The translations under genes were made by a program, and so were the position numbers. Positions 53,165-64,000 of a DNA stretch of 64,000 nt are shown piece after piece; the stretch's first letter is position 1; each line of letters starts with the position of its first letter. Origin of the DNA: Octopus vulgaris (Eukaryota); NCBI GenBank assembly GCA_951406725.2, contig OX597821.1:98828001-98892000 (forward strand), given 5' to 3'. The notes under the pieces were generated by a model, which saw only the letters and a list, made by a program, of their open reading frames with translations, did not search any database and was not told where the DNA came from.

Positions 53165-53431
53165 TTAATGGGGATCATTTCTTCCAAGAATAGTCTTAGG
53201 GAAATCTACTTTAGACTTCAAACTTGCTACATTAGTACTATCACTGGAGGTAATTTCTTCTAAATTTCTTTCATTTCTGCTTTCCTGGATGGTCACAGAT
53301 CTGCCAACAGCACTTGTATTTTTACCAAACTTGCTTTCAAGGTTGTAACCAATAAATCCGACAGTTGCAGCAATTGGCCATGTTATATAAACTGCATATG
53401 TCCGAGCAAAATGTATAATCAATGGCCACAT
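53165..53431 (-). CDS. SMIM12: Small integral membrane protein 12 (UPF0767 family), 88 aa, single coding exon
   Basis: MWPLIIHFARTYAVYITWPIAATVGFIGYNLE...RNERNLEE..DSTNVASLK...PKTILGRN matches the SMIM12/C1orf212 pattern; splice acceptor TTTTATTTTGCAG lies 9 nt upstream of the ATG (exon starts at 53440). Confidence 0.92.
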   Translation of the reverse strand: MWPLIIHFARTYAVYITWPIAATVGFIGYNLESKFGKNTSAVGRSVTIQESRNERNLEEITSSDSTNVASLKSKVDFPKTILGRNDPH

Positions 53432-53679
53432 CCCAGCACCCTGCAAAATAAAATTTACTTTGATGAATAATTTATTGAATTTCTTCTTTTTGCAACAACA
53501 GAGAATGTCTTTAAGTAAACCATACATGATGGTATTGCAATGGCCAGTCAGATCAAATCAGTGTTAATAATTGAATTCATTGAATACACACTTTGTAGTA
53601 TATCAATATTAAAAACAAAAAGCAAAGCAACAAATGGATCAGCTAGAATGCCAAAAAAGTATTCCACCAGAGGAGAACG

Positions 53680-53987
53680 TGCCAGTGACACGTAAAAAGC
53701 ACCATCTGATCATGTCTGTTGCCAGCCTGGCCTGGCCCCCGTGCCGGTGGCACGTAAAAAGCACCCTCCGTCCGTGGCCGTTCGCCAGCTCCGTCTGGCA
53801 CCTGTGCAGGTGGCACGTAAAAAGCACCCACTACACTCATGGAGTGGTTGGCGTTAGGAAGGGCATCCAGCCGTAGAAACACTGCCAGATCAGACTGGGC
53901 CTGATGCAGCCTTCTGGCTTCACAGACCCCAGTTGAACCGTCCAACCCATGCTAGCATGGAAAGCGGATGCTAAATGATGATGATGA
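53680..53987 (+). mobile_element. RTE 3' UTR repeat
   Basis: Tandem units plus (GAT)n tail. Confidence 0.88.
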
Positions 53988-54199
53988 ATGTAACTAACAT
54001 AATTACATAGTGAAAGTGGTAACACAGAGACTGAATAATGTATACATTTCACAGTCTATACTTTATTGCTTTAAAGTGATTGTTTAATTTAAAAGATTAC
54101 ATACTAAAATGTGAAAATAACAGCAGACACTAATAGCTTTTAAAAATCTTCAGTTAACACTTTTAAAATAAAAATACGGATGTGAAAAACTTAAAATAA

Positions 54200-55620
54200 A
54201 TGTCAAAGAATTTTCTAAGAATAACAACTGTACAGTCATTAGGAATTATGATGCCTTTGAGAGAAGCTTTAGGTTTTGAAGAAAGATGAAAGCTCAATAG
54301 CTCAAAATACCAAATAGTATATCATCTCTAATTGGAAATATATGGGAAACTACCACCTGTGTCATCTCTTGTGAAAGGTAAGAAAGTCCAGTTTGCTGGA
54401 CATAGTTGTAGAGCTGAAAAAGAGGTAATTTCTACTCTTCTCCTCTGGAAGCCATCTACTCGCAATACCAGAGGGCGCACACTCTCCTACCCTGATGTAA
54501 TCTCCAGGGATACAGGCATCCAGCAACAGGACCTCTGTAATGCCATGATGGACCGTGAAGTCTGGCGTAGCATGGTAAATTCCATTGTCTCGACCACGGT
54601 CGAACAATGATGATGATGAATTGGAAAGAAAGCCCACTATCCAGAACTGGTGTAAAAGTTGGCTGAACGAGTGGAGAAGAAGAGGAAAAATGACTGTATT
54701 GTAAAAACTCTGCTTGTAAAGATGAGAAACATGATTTAGTTTAACCTCTCTATTTTCAAATGAAAGGTGCCAGAGATTTTTCAAAAGACTTTTTTTTAGC
54801 TTTACATCAGAAATCACAAATTTCACAGAAGCTTGTACTTAAATTATGGTTTTATAATAAACTGAAAAAGTAGAATGACTTTGAACTGAGTAAAATTGGG
54901 AACTCAGTATTTATGACAAGCTAGGGATCAGAACACAAAATAGGAACTAAAACTATGTTAGAGCAACAAGAAATAAAAAATCAACATTTTACTACAGTTT
55001 TGTGTTTCCTAGCCAATGAAACCTAGCTAAATCTCATGGTTATTTTAAAAAGAAGCATATTCCAAAATGTAAAAAAAATTCTTTCTGGAATTATTCCTCA
55101 ATGCCTTCCCACAGTATGGATGAATGGGAAAAGTCTAGGAATATGGCTGAGAAATGAATGGAATAAACAGCCCAGAATAATTTTAAAGAAACCTGTAATG
55201 TTGGTATGGGACCAGTTTAGAGTTCACCTTACTTAGCCGATGGAACACATCTTAAAAGATATGAAAACTCAAGTTGTAACCCCCTGTAGTTTGAAGAATG
55301 CTCTTCAATTCATTGATTTTTGGATATCATGGATGTCAACTGAAGTACAAATAGGAGGTAATCTCAAAAAGCCTGGCTTTGCTATTAATGCAGCTGGATT
55401 AAAAGTAGCTTGAAATATTTTATTAGAACATATGGTTTCCAAGAGATTTTTAAAGACTGGCATTGATAATAAATTAGATGAAACAGAAGATAACCTACTG
55501 TAGCAGAAAACAAGGCCTTACACTTCTGTGGAATTATCAAGATGCAACTACAAACACCACTGCAAATTTAGATGAAGATGAGATGATAAGATTGGACAGA
55601 TATTTGAAAAATCAGATGAA
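54200..55620 (+). mobile_element. Fossil pogo-like (POGK-type) DDE transposase
   Basis: GKKAHYPEL (CENP-B HTH), HFTTVLCFLAN, MVILKR, WMN, WL.NEW, MLVWDQFRVHLT; many stops. Confidence 0.75.
54339..54618 (+). mobile_element. RTE-like LINE 3' fragment, same family as 19126-19981
   Basis: Near-identical C-terminus ...SIVSTTVEQ; TSD AATTGGAAA at 54330-54338 and 54619-54627. Confidence 0.92.
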
Positions 55621-56759
55621 TAAGACAGTGATGGCTTTAAGAGATAAATTCATTTCATAAACAATAACTCTCCATTAAACCTGTGCTTCAGCCTATATAA
55701 AGCAAATGTTAAGAAAAAGCAAGAATCAAACCGGTTTAAATATTCATGTTGTTTCTTCTGTTTTAAAATTTGCAGCAGTATTACATTGGTTTCTTTAAAA
55801 AAGTATAAATAACCATGGTTGCACTCAGTGGTTACATTACATAACAGGATAGAATATGTTACATATTTTTAACTTTAAAAAGTGAGGGTCGTATAGTAAA
55901 CTGGCCAAAGCTCTCTCTTCACAATGACTACTTGCTCATATTTTGGTTTCCTGTGGCAAAACTGGCCATCTTATTTTGCAACTTCTGGCTGTGCTTCTCA
56001 TAAAGGACCTTTAGCACATGTTTTCTTAGATATCCACACCGTTTGATTCACTATTGTTACACGATATGCATAGCTAAGAATTTCCTTGTTTTTTTTTAAT
56101 CACCTAATTCATCTAACCTGTAATACTAACATGTATAATTGTAACCTGTAACTATTTAATTCTTCAAATAACCTTCAAACCGAAAGTCCCTAAAATCTTA
56201 GTTCTCCGTCCCAGTTTCATAATGTTTTTGCCATTGTTCTCTAAAATATGTACGCATTCTTGTTTTACTTATGTCTCTCACTGTTAGCCATGTTTCTCTC
56301 CCCAATAATAGTAAACTGGCCATTGCTTATCCACAATGCGCCTACCATTCCTGCCCCCACCACTTATACAGGAAATCTATTCTCAATACCAGAAACCCCT
56401 ACAAGGATCTACCTCGCTTCTGTACCAGAAGACCTCCTTCCCTGCTACCAACAATCACCCACACTACTGCATGCACCAAAAGGTGATATGTTACTTAGGA
56501 AATTATTAAGTTAACAAACTGCCTACTTCTGCCCCCCACCCCTATGTTTAATGGACTAACCAATAGCAGATTATTTATATAATTAATTAATTTATACATT
56601 GACCAATTTATATTTGCAGCAGTAATGCTTATACTTAAAATGCAACTCACTACCAATAGGGACAACAATTTTACCATGTTCAAATGATGGTAGGTTAAAG
56701 TGAGACCAACTAATGTGACATGTCTGTTACCAAATGATCACTGAAACCTTTCTTTTCAG

Positions 56760-59665
56760 GTGCCCAATACCATCTCTCCTGCCCATGTTCCTTCCCGCAC
56801 CCCTTAACCAGTTCTCAGGTTTGGGACTGTCAATGTGGACACATTGAAAAGTAGGTCTAGCAAGATTGTTGAGCTGTTTGAATGGAGGTGTGTTGATGTA
56901 TGCTGCATCCAAGAAGCATAAAATCTTCTGGGAAGATAACAGTGATGGGGTAGGCAGTGTGGGCATATTTCTTGCAGAGAAATGGGTGGATAATATCATA
57001 GAGGTAGTCAGAGTGAGAGATAGAGTGCTTAAGCTCAGGCTAGTCTTGCAGAATAGCATAGCGTCAATTATCTCTGCCTATGCTCCACAAGTGGGTCTAC
57101 CAAATGAACAGAAGGACCATTTTTATGATATTCTTCAGCAGGCTACCTCTAAGATGAATGACAAGGATTTCATCTTCATGGCTGGGGACTTCAATGAGTA
57201 TGCCGGACGACAACCTGGTATTTTCCATGGTGTACTTGGGGGCCATGGAACTGGTTCCCAAAACAAAGAGGGAACAAGGCTACTGGAGTTCTGTGATTTA
57301 AATAACCTATTGATCTGCAACACCAACTTCAGGAAGCTGACCAGCCACCTGATAACCTACCAATCAGGTGGCTACGCTAGCCAGATTGATTATATTCTCA
57401 CCAGGCAGCGGGATGCATAGTTGGTCTTAAATACAAAGACCCTCCCTGGTGAAGAATGTATCCCCCAGCATAGACTAGTTGTTAGTGATTTTAGTCACTA
57501 GGCCAGAAGGAATGTAAGCAGACCAATCTGGAAAAGAAGGATTTGGAAGCTTTAGACTCTTTATGTGCTCAGAGATTTCGAGACATCCTAATTGAGAAAT
57601 TTGATGAGAGAGAGGAGGAGCTACAAACTTGTGACATAGAGGGTAACTGAGAATTCCTGCGAGACAGCTTGCTGAATGCCACAGACCAAAGTCCCAACCA
57701 GACCTAGGGTGACATGGTGGTGAAACAATGTAGTAGACAGGGCCATTAGAGCAAAGAAATGGTCTTGGAAGAATGGGGTTAGCAGGGAACTGTATCAGAG
57801 AGCCAGAAGGGAAGCTAGGAGACAGGCATGTCTAGCCAAGGTAGAAGCAGAAAAGAAGAAGTTTGCCTATGTTCAGTGATGTGAGGACCAAAGTACTGAA
57901 GTGTTTTGGATTGCAAGACAGTATGTGAGAGAAAATAATGATATCATAGGAGAGAAATGTGTCTGCATGGATGATGGTGCACTTGCATTAAATGATTCAG
58001 CAAAGAAAGAGGCTTGGAAATACCATTAGGAAAGACTGCTGAATGTGGAGAATGAATGGGAGGAGGGGAGTCTGCCAAATGTTGACCTAATTGAGGGACC
58101 AGCTACATGAATCAATAGTACCCTGGTAGATAAAATAATGATATGAAGACAAGAAAAGCCTCCAGTCCATCAAGAATCACTGCTGAGATGCTTAAAATAT
58201 CTGCCAGTGGGGGTTATGGTCTAGTCACTTGTATTGTAAATCAGGTGGTTCACAAAGGAGTCATACCCAATGACTGGTGTAGCAGCAACATATTCAACTG
58301 CTACAAATTAAAGGTGATGCCTTAGATAGAAATAATTACAGAGGTATCAAATTGTTGGATCAGCCCAACTAATTAGGGAGAGAGTTAGCCTAGATGAGAT
58401 GCAGTTTGGTTTTGTGCTTATCTGGTAAGACAGCTGCAGGAGAAATACATAGCCAAAGATAAACCTCTGTACTTGGTCTTTGTTGACTTGGAGAAAGCTT
58501 TTGTCAGGGTCCTCTGATCCCTTATCTGGTGGTCAATGCGGAAACTAGGGATAGATGAGTGGTTGGTGAGAGCTGTATAAGCTATGTAAAGGAATGCCAC
58601 CAGTTAGGTGAGGGTTGGCAATGTGTACAGCAAAGAATTCAGAGTACAAGTTGGGGTTCACCAAGGATTGGTGCTCAGCTCTCTCTTGTTCATTATAGTC
58701 CTCCAGGCAATAACAGAGGAATCTAAGACAGGCTGCCCCTGGGAGCTCCTCTAAGCTGATGACCTTGTTCTTATAGCTGAATCACTAACAGAACTAGAGA
58801 AGAAGTTCCAGGTATGGAAGTAAGGTCTAGAATTGAAGGGCCTTAGAGTTCACCAAGCAAAAGCAAAAGTCTTAGTAAGTAGGAAGGCAGAAAAATCATA
58901 AATCCCTTCAGGCAGATGACCCTGTTTGATCTGTAGAATAGGCGTAGGCAGAAACTTTATAAGATGCACCTGATATAAGCTTTGGACATATAAAAGGTGC
59001 AGCAATATCAGAGGAAGGTTAACAGGGAAACTAGTATGTAGAATGTACACAGGTACAATAGACACTGAAAATGTGCAGAAAATAGACTTCATCAACTGTT
59101 GGAGTTAGGGGTGAAGCTAGAAGCAGTAGATAGCTTCCATTATCTAGGTAACCAAGTTAGTAGCAGAGTGGATGCTCAGAGAGTATAGCTGTGAGAATAA
59201 GATTAGGCTGGGCAAAGTTCAGAGGGCTCCTACCTCAGCTGACTACAAAGGGCTTTTCTCTCAGAGAGAAAGGCAGACTGTATGATGCCTGTGTGCAAAC
59301 AGCCATGCTACATGGCAATGAAACATGGGCTGTGAGAGCCAAAGACATACGTAGGCTTGAGAGAAATGAAGCCAGTATGCTTCACTGGATGTGCAATGTC
59401 AGTGTGTATGTTCAACAAAATGTAAGTATCTTGAGAGAAAAGTTGAGCATAAGAGGCATGAGATGTAGTGTGCAAGAGAGACAACTGCGCTGGTATGGTC
59501 ATGTGATGCATATGGAGGAAGACAGTTGTGTAAAGAAGTGCCTATCTCTAACTGTGGAGGGAACCTGTGGTAGAGGTAGACCCAGGAAGCCATGGGACAA
59601 AGTGGTAAGTATGATCTTTGAACTTTGAGCCTCACAGTGGCAATGACTAGTGACACAGACAAAAA
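56760..59665 (+). mobile_element. Near full-length decayed RTE (BovB-like) LINE: AP endonuclease and RT
   Basis: GTVNV, DVCCIQE, GVGSVGI, SAYAPQ, AGDFN, SQIDYIL, NYRGIKLL, DLEKAF, GVHQG, ADDL, RWYGHV, GRGRPRK in order. Confidence 0.93.
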
Positions 59666-59869
59666 TCACCATCACTACTACCACAACATTGAGACATGTG
59701 TGTGGTTGTATGCCTGGATGTGTGAATGTCTGCAAAATATTTATGTATCCAGGTATGAGACCAATGGACAGGGTGACTATCAGACACTGTGGTTGATGTT
59801 TCTCATAGTATACTTGTGTTAGAGTGATTTTGATATACTTATAGGATAGTAGATATACATTTGTAATAA

Positions 59870-60070
59870 GGCAGTGAGCTGGCAGAAACGTTAGCACACC
59901 GGGTGAAATGCTTAGCGGTATTGCGTCTGTCGTTACATTCTGAGTTCAAATTATCGGGGTCGATAAATTAAGTACCAGTTACGCAATGGGGTCGATGTAA
60001 TCAACTTAATCCGTTTGTCTGTCCTTGTTTGTCCCCTCTATGTTTAGCCCCTTGTGGGCAATAAAGAAAC
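59870..60070 (+). mobile_element. SINE family B with internal deletion
   Basis: Head and tail intact, middle deleted. Confidence 0.85.
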
Positions 60071-60381
60071 AGATATACGTTTGTAAGCATAACAGATAAT
60101 ATAGCATACCTGGGGTACGTATAGCACCACTAATATGGATGGATGGATACATGGGGGTGTATATATATACATAATCACCATCATCATTCAGTGTTTGTTT
60201 TCCTTGTTGATATGGGGTTTGGTAGTTTGACAAGAGCTGCAGGGTTGCATCATGCCCCATGCCAGTTTTGGCATGGTTTCTACAACTGTATGCCCTTCCA
60301 AATGCCAACCACTTTACAATGTGTACTGGGTGCTTTTTCATGCCACCAGCACTAGTGAGGTTGTCAATTACTAATGAGGTT

Positions 60382-62410
60382 GGAATCACTAATGGTATCA
60401 CTAGCTTTCAGTATATAATTGATGGCATAATAAAAAAAAATTTACAACCACCTTTGCATTTGTTGATAATGCTTATGGACATAACCAGAATACCCAAGAT
60501 CACAACTTGACATTCTTGGGTGTAGTGAACAACCTTACTTTAAACAAAGAAGACATTTTCTTCTAAAGTTATTAATTTAATTTGCTTCATGATTGATATT
60601 GAATTAATTAGAATAGATCCAAAATACAAGTGATCTTCATCAACCAAAAAACATGACATCTTTCAAGCATAAAATTAACATGTTTACCTACTACTCATGT
60701 TAGATTCTAAAATTTTCTGAGAAGCTCCATTGTTTGGTTACTATGAAATGCTTTCCCTTCTCTTCAACACAGAAAGCTTCTAAGAGTTCTAAAGTAGGAC
60801 GTTACCAACTCTGCAGTGAAAATTACTGATTCAGCTGTGCTACAGGTGGTTGAGACTGACGCTTCAGATCATGCTATTTGCTGTCATCCTATGTCTGTTG
60901 AGATGCCTGGTGTCTTCCTTTTCAAGAACATGTTCACCTTGTGAGCAGACATTCTTCTGTGGAAAGAGAAACCTATACTATTTTAGAGTCTTTAATGTAG
61001 TGGGAAGATTATCTACTTAGCTTCCAATTCCATAATTTGATAATACATGGAGTAATAAAATAAAGAACAAGAAAATAAATTTTTAATATATAAAACTGTC
61101 TTGCCTGCACTGTGACATACAGGTTAGGGAAAGTCAATACTGCTGCTAATGCACCTTTCCAAATTTGTACTGTAATGAGATGGTTGGATTTTATAAGGAT
61201 TTGTGCCATCCCAGCATTACATGAATGCTTCATTTCATGCATCCCCCAAATCTTTTATATTCTGTAGAGGAAGTCAAAAGAATGATCTCTACACACTCTA
61301 AATGTGCTAAAATAAAACTAAGACCTTACAATCCAATACTAACTCATGTGATAAAGGCTATTCAGTCCTTTAAGAGACTGGGCCTTAATTTTATGGACCT
61401 CTCCTCTCAGCTACAAATGAACCAATATCTTCTAACCATTGTGGATGAATTCTCAAAGTTCCTTTGTGCTTTCCTATGTGCAGATATGGCTGCTGAAACT
61501 ATAATTAAGTGCTTACCAAAACTCTTCTCAATTTTTGGAGTGCTGTTATATATTCATTCTGATTGTGGTGCATCTTTCATGTTGAAGGATTTATAACAAT
61601 TCTTGCACCAGCAAAGTATAGCTACTAAGAGAACTATTCCTTACAGCCCACAAGGGAATGGACAAACAGAACAATTCAATGGAGTAATTTGGAGCCAATA
61701 TCATTAGCCCTGAAATTGTGATACATGAAACCTTTAGAAAAGGAACAAGTTCTCAACTTCGATTTCACTCTCGACTTCAACAAATGACACATACTCTCTC
61801 TCTCTTTTACTCTTTTACTTGTTTCAGTCATTTGACTGCGGCCATGCTGGAGCACCGCCTTTAATCGAGCAACTCGACCCCGGGACTTATTCTTTTGTAA
61901 GCCCAGTACTTATTCTATCGGTCTCTTTTGCCGAACCGCTAAGTAACGGGGACATAAACACACCAGCATCGGCTGTCAAGCAGTGCTAGGGGGACAAACA
62001 CAGACACACAAACACACACACGCATACATATATGTATATACATATATACGACAGGCTTCTTTCAGTTTCCGTCTACCAAATCCACTCACAAGGCTTTGGT
62101 TGGCCTGAGGCTATAGTAGAAGACACTTGCCCAAGGTGCCACGCAGTGGGACTGAACCTGGAACCATGTGGTTGGTTAACAAGCTACTTACCACACAGCC
62201 ACGCCTGAATGTCTTTTTAACAATTATTGCAAATCTTCAAGTAGGCGGTCAGTCTCTTCATGTCTCTCATCACTGAGTTCTTGAGCCGTCACAACTTCCA
62301 GAATAAATATGACCCTTTAGTGGATGAAGTGAAACTTTTGAATTTTGAACCTTCACTTTGTGGATATCAGATTCATTGATAGTTGTATGTCCAGTTTCAT
62401 TAAAACACGG
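60382..62410 (+). mobile_element. Fossil Gypsy/Ty3 LTR retrotransposon pol (RT, RNase H, integrase)
   Basis: GITNGITSFQ, FAFVDN, VETDASDHAI, YLLTIVDEFS, YIHSDCGASF, PQGNGQTEQFNG, KYDPLVDEV in RT-RH-INT order. Confidence 0.85.
61795..62205 (-). mobile_element. Full-length SINE family A inserted in the Gypsy integrase
   Basis: Reverse complement of the 33216 copy. Confidence 0.92.
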
Positions 62411-62627
62411 TTCCAAGTGGAGATCTCTCTTCCAATTTTGTATCTAAAGCAGTAGTATCCGAGCCCCACGAACAAATGATGCTTCAGAACGCTCTTGAAC
62501 TTGATACTGCTACACCTATAAATACGTAAGGCGACTCTTCTGAACCAGACCATCGAGTGGTAGTGAGTGGGGATGGTGAACTCTTCGTTACAACCCCTCC
62601 AAACTCAACTATATTAAACAACTAACC

Positions 62628-63045
62628 TATTTTTTTACTACCCACAAGGGGTTAAACACAGAGGGGGACAAACAAGGACAGACATAGGTATTAAGTCGAT
62701 TACATCGACCCCACTTCTTAACTGGTACTTAATTTAATCGACCCCGAAAGGATGAAAGGTAAAGTCGACCTTGGCGGAATTTGAACTCAGAACGTAACGG
62801 CAGACGAAATACCTATTTCTTTACTACCCACAAGGGGCTAAACACAGAAGGGACAAACAAGGGCAGACATAGGTATTAAGTCGATTATATCGACCCCAGC
62901 GCGTAACTGGTCCTTAATTTATCGACCCCGAAAGGATGAAAGGCAAAGTCGACCTCGGCGGAATTTGAACTCAGAACGTAACGGCAGACGAAATATACCG
63001 CTAACATTTCGCCCGACGTGCTAACGTTTCTGCCAGCTCGCTGCC
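62628..63045 (-). mobile_element. Dimeric SINE family B
   Basis: Full monomer plus headless monomer inside one 14-bp TSD TTAAACAACTAACC (62614-62627, 63046-63059). Confidence 0.9.
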
Positions 63046-63415
63046 TTAAACAACTAACCGCTGAATTCAAGCCATTCGGTATTTCCACTCGGAAATTAAC
63101 GCAAATCTAATACCGAATATATATAAACAGTGTAGGTCATAAGAACATCCTAACCTCAAACTTTAGCAACCATAAGTAAGGTTATTAGACAACAAAAGGC
63201 ATAGGCATGATATAAGTATGAAACATATTCTCGCAGATAAGTTATTTTCAATGTAAGCAACTTTCAGAGCAAAATTAATGTTTCAATTGTTATATTAAAG
63301 TTTCTAGACGGCGGTGTTACACATTCATATCTATGTGTATACGTAGGTATACATGTGTAGAATATGAATGTGTAACATCCCTTCTTCTTGAACAAGCGGT
63401 CAGACGTCAAGTTAC

Positions 63416-63520
63416 CATCCTATTTTTATTTAAACAAGTGTACCTAGGATTACATAATCTATTGTATACAGCTTTTTCAAAGACCGCAGGGTGTTGTTTG
63501 AACAACTTTTTGGCTGCCAT
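63416..63520 (-). CDS. Candidate first coding exon (35 codons, MAAKKLFKQHP...) of an unidentified gene or a SMIM12 isoform
   Basis: GAAATGGCAGCC start context, open frame to a phase-0 ATG|GTAACT donor, locally CpG-richer unique DNA; no homology recognised. Confidence 0.3.
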
Positions 63521-64000
63521 TTCTAGCACATCAGTGTCAACGTTCTGTGCTCCTTTATCGGCTCGAGTTTGACAGAGGCTTTTAACGATAATTATAAGAT
63601 GTCATCATTAGGATTAGTATACTGTAAAAAGTTAAAACGACACTGTATTATTCAAAATGTACTTACAGTTGTTTGGCAGAGAGACTTCTTAATAGGTTTT
63701 CAATGACGAAATGTTCAAAAGTTATTTCCCTTCTTCCAACCGGATATCAATTTATTCATTATTTGAAGCACCTTGCCAATTCGGGGTATTTTAGGATTTT
63801 ACTAACTTTGGATCTAACGCATTTTCAGATCTCACCTTTTCCCCCTTTTTTAACTTATTGTTTTAATCTATACTTTAAATATTCTGCTTAACAATTTGTC
63901 TTGCATTTTCTTTACTTTTAATACAATCCTTAAATGTTATCTTATTTAATCTAATTTTTAAATTAATCTCTGCAGACAGACCTTCTACAGAATTCAGAGT

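Noticed and set aside
53432-53527. N-terminal 32 aa of the 120-aa ORF in the track
   Set aside because: Mostly runs through a polypyrimidine tract and AG acceptor; family similarity begins at MWP.

Overview
Eukaryotic, AT-rich, repeat-dense DNA. The SINE/LINE repertoire looks like an octopus genome (inference from tRNA-headed SINEs, a Nin-domain SINE, RTE, Dong/R4, CR1 and Penelope-like elements, and abundant (TA)n, (CATA)n and (TAA)n). Only one host coding exon is well supported: SMIM12 on the minus strand (53165-53431), with a speculative upstream exon near 63.4-63.5 kb. Everything else is transposon-derived: fossil Tigger and pogo transposases, Gypsy pol, RTE/CR1/Dong/Tx1/Penelope LINE fragments, hAT, piggyBac and mariner MITEs, two non-autonomous Helitrons and at least four SINE families, often nested with readable TSDs. 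The most interesting signal is a set of short non-coding elements embedded in (TA)n microsatellites that carry minimal type I hammerhead-ribozyme motifs. They belong to at least four unrelated families and include a perfect 73-bp palindrome with a hammerhead on each strand. There is also an unusual density of long fold-back (dsRNA-forming) structures. All alignments and counts were done by eye, and family names come from remembered motifs, not database searches.
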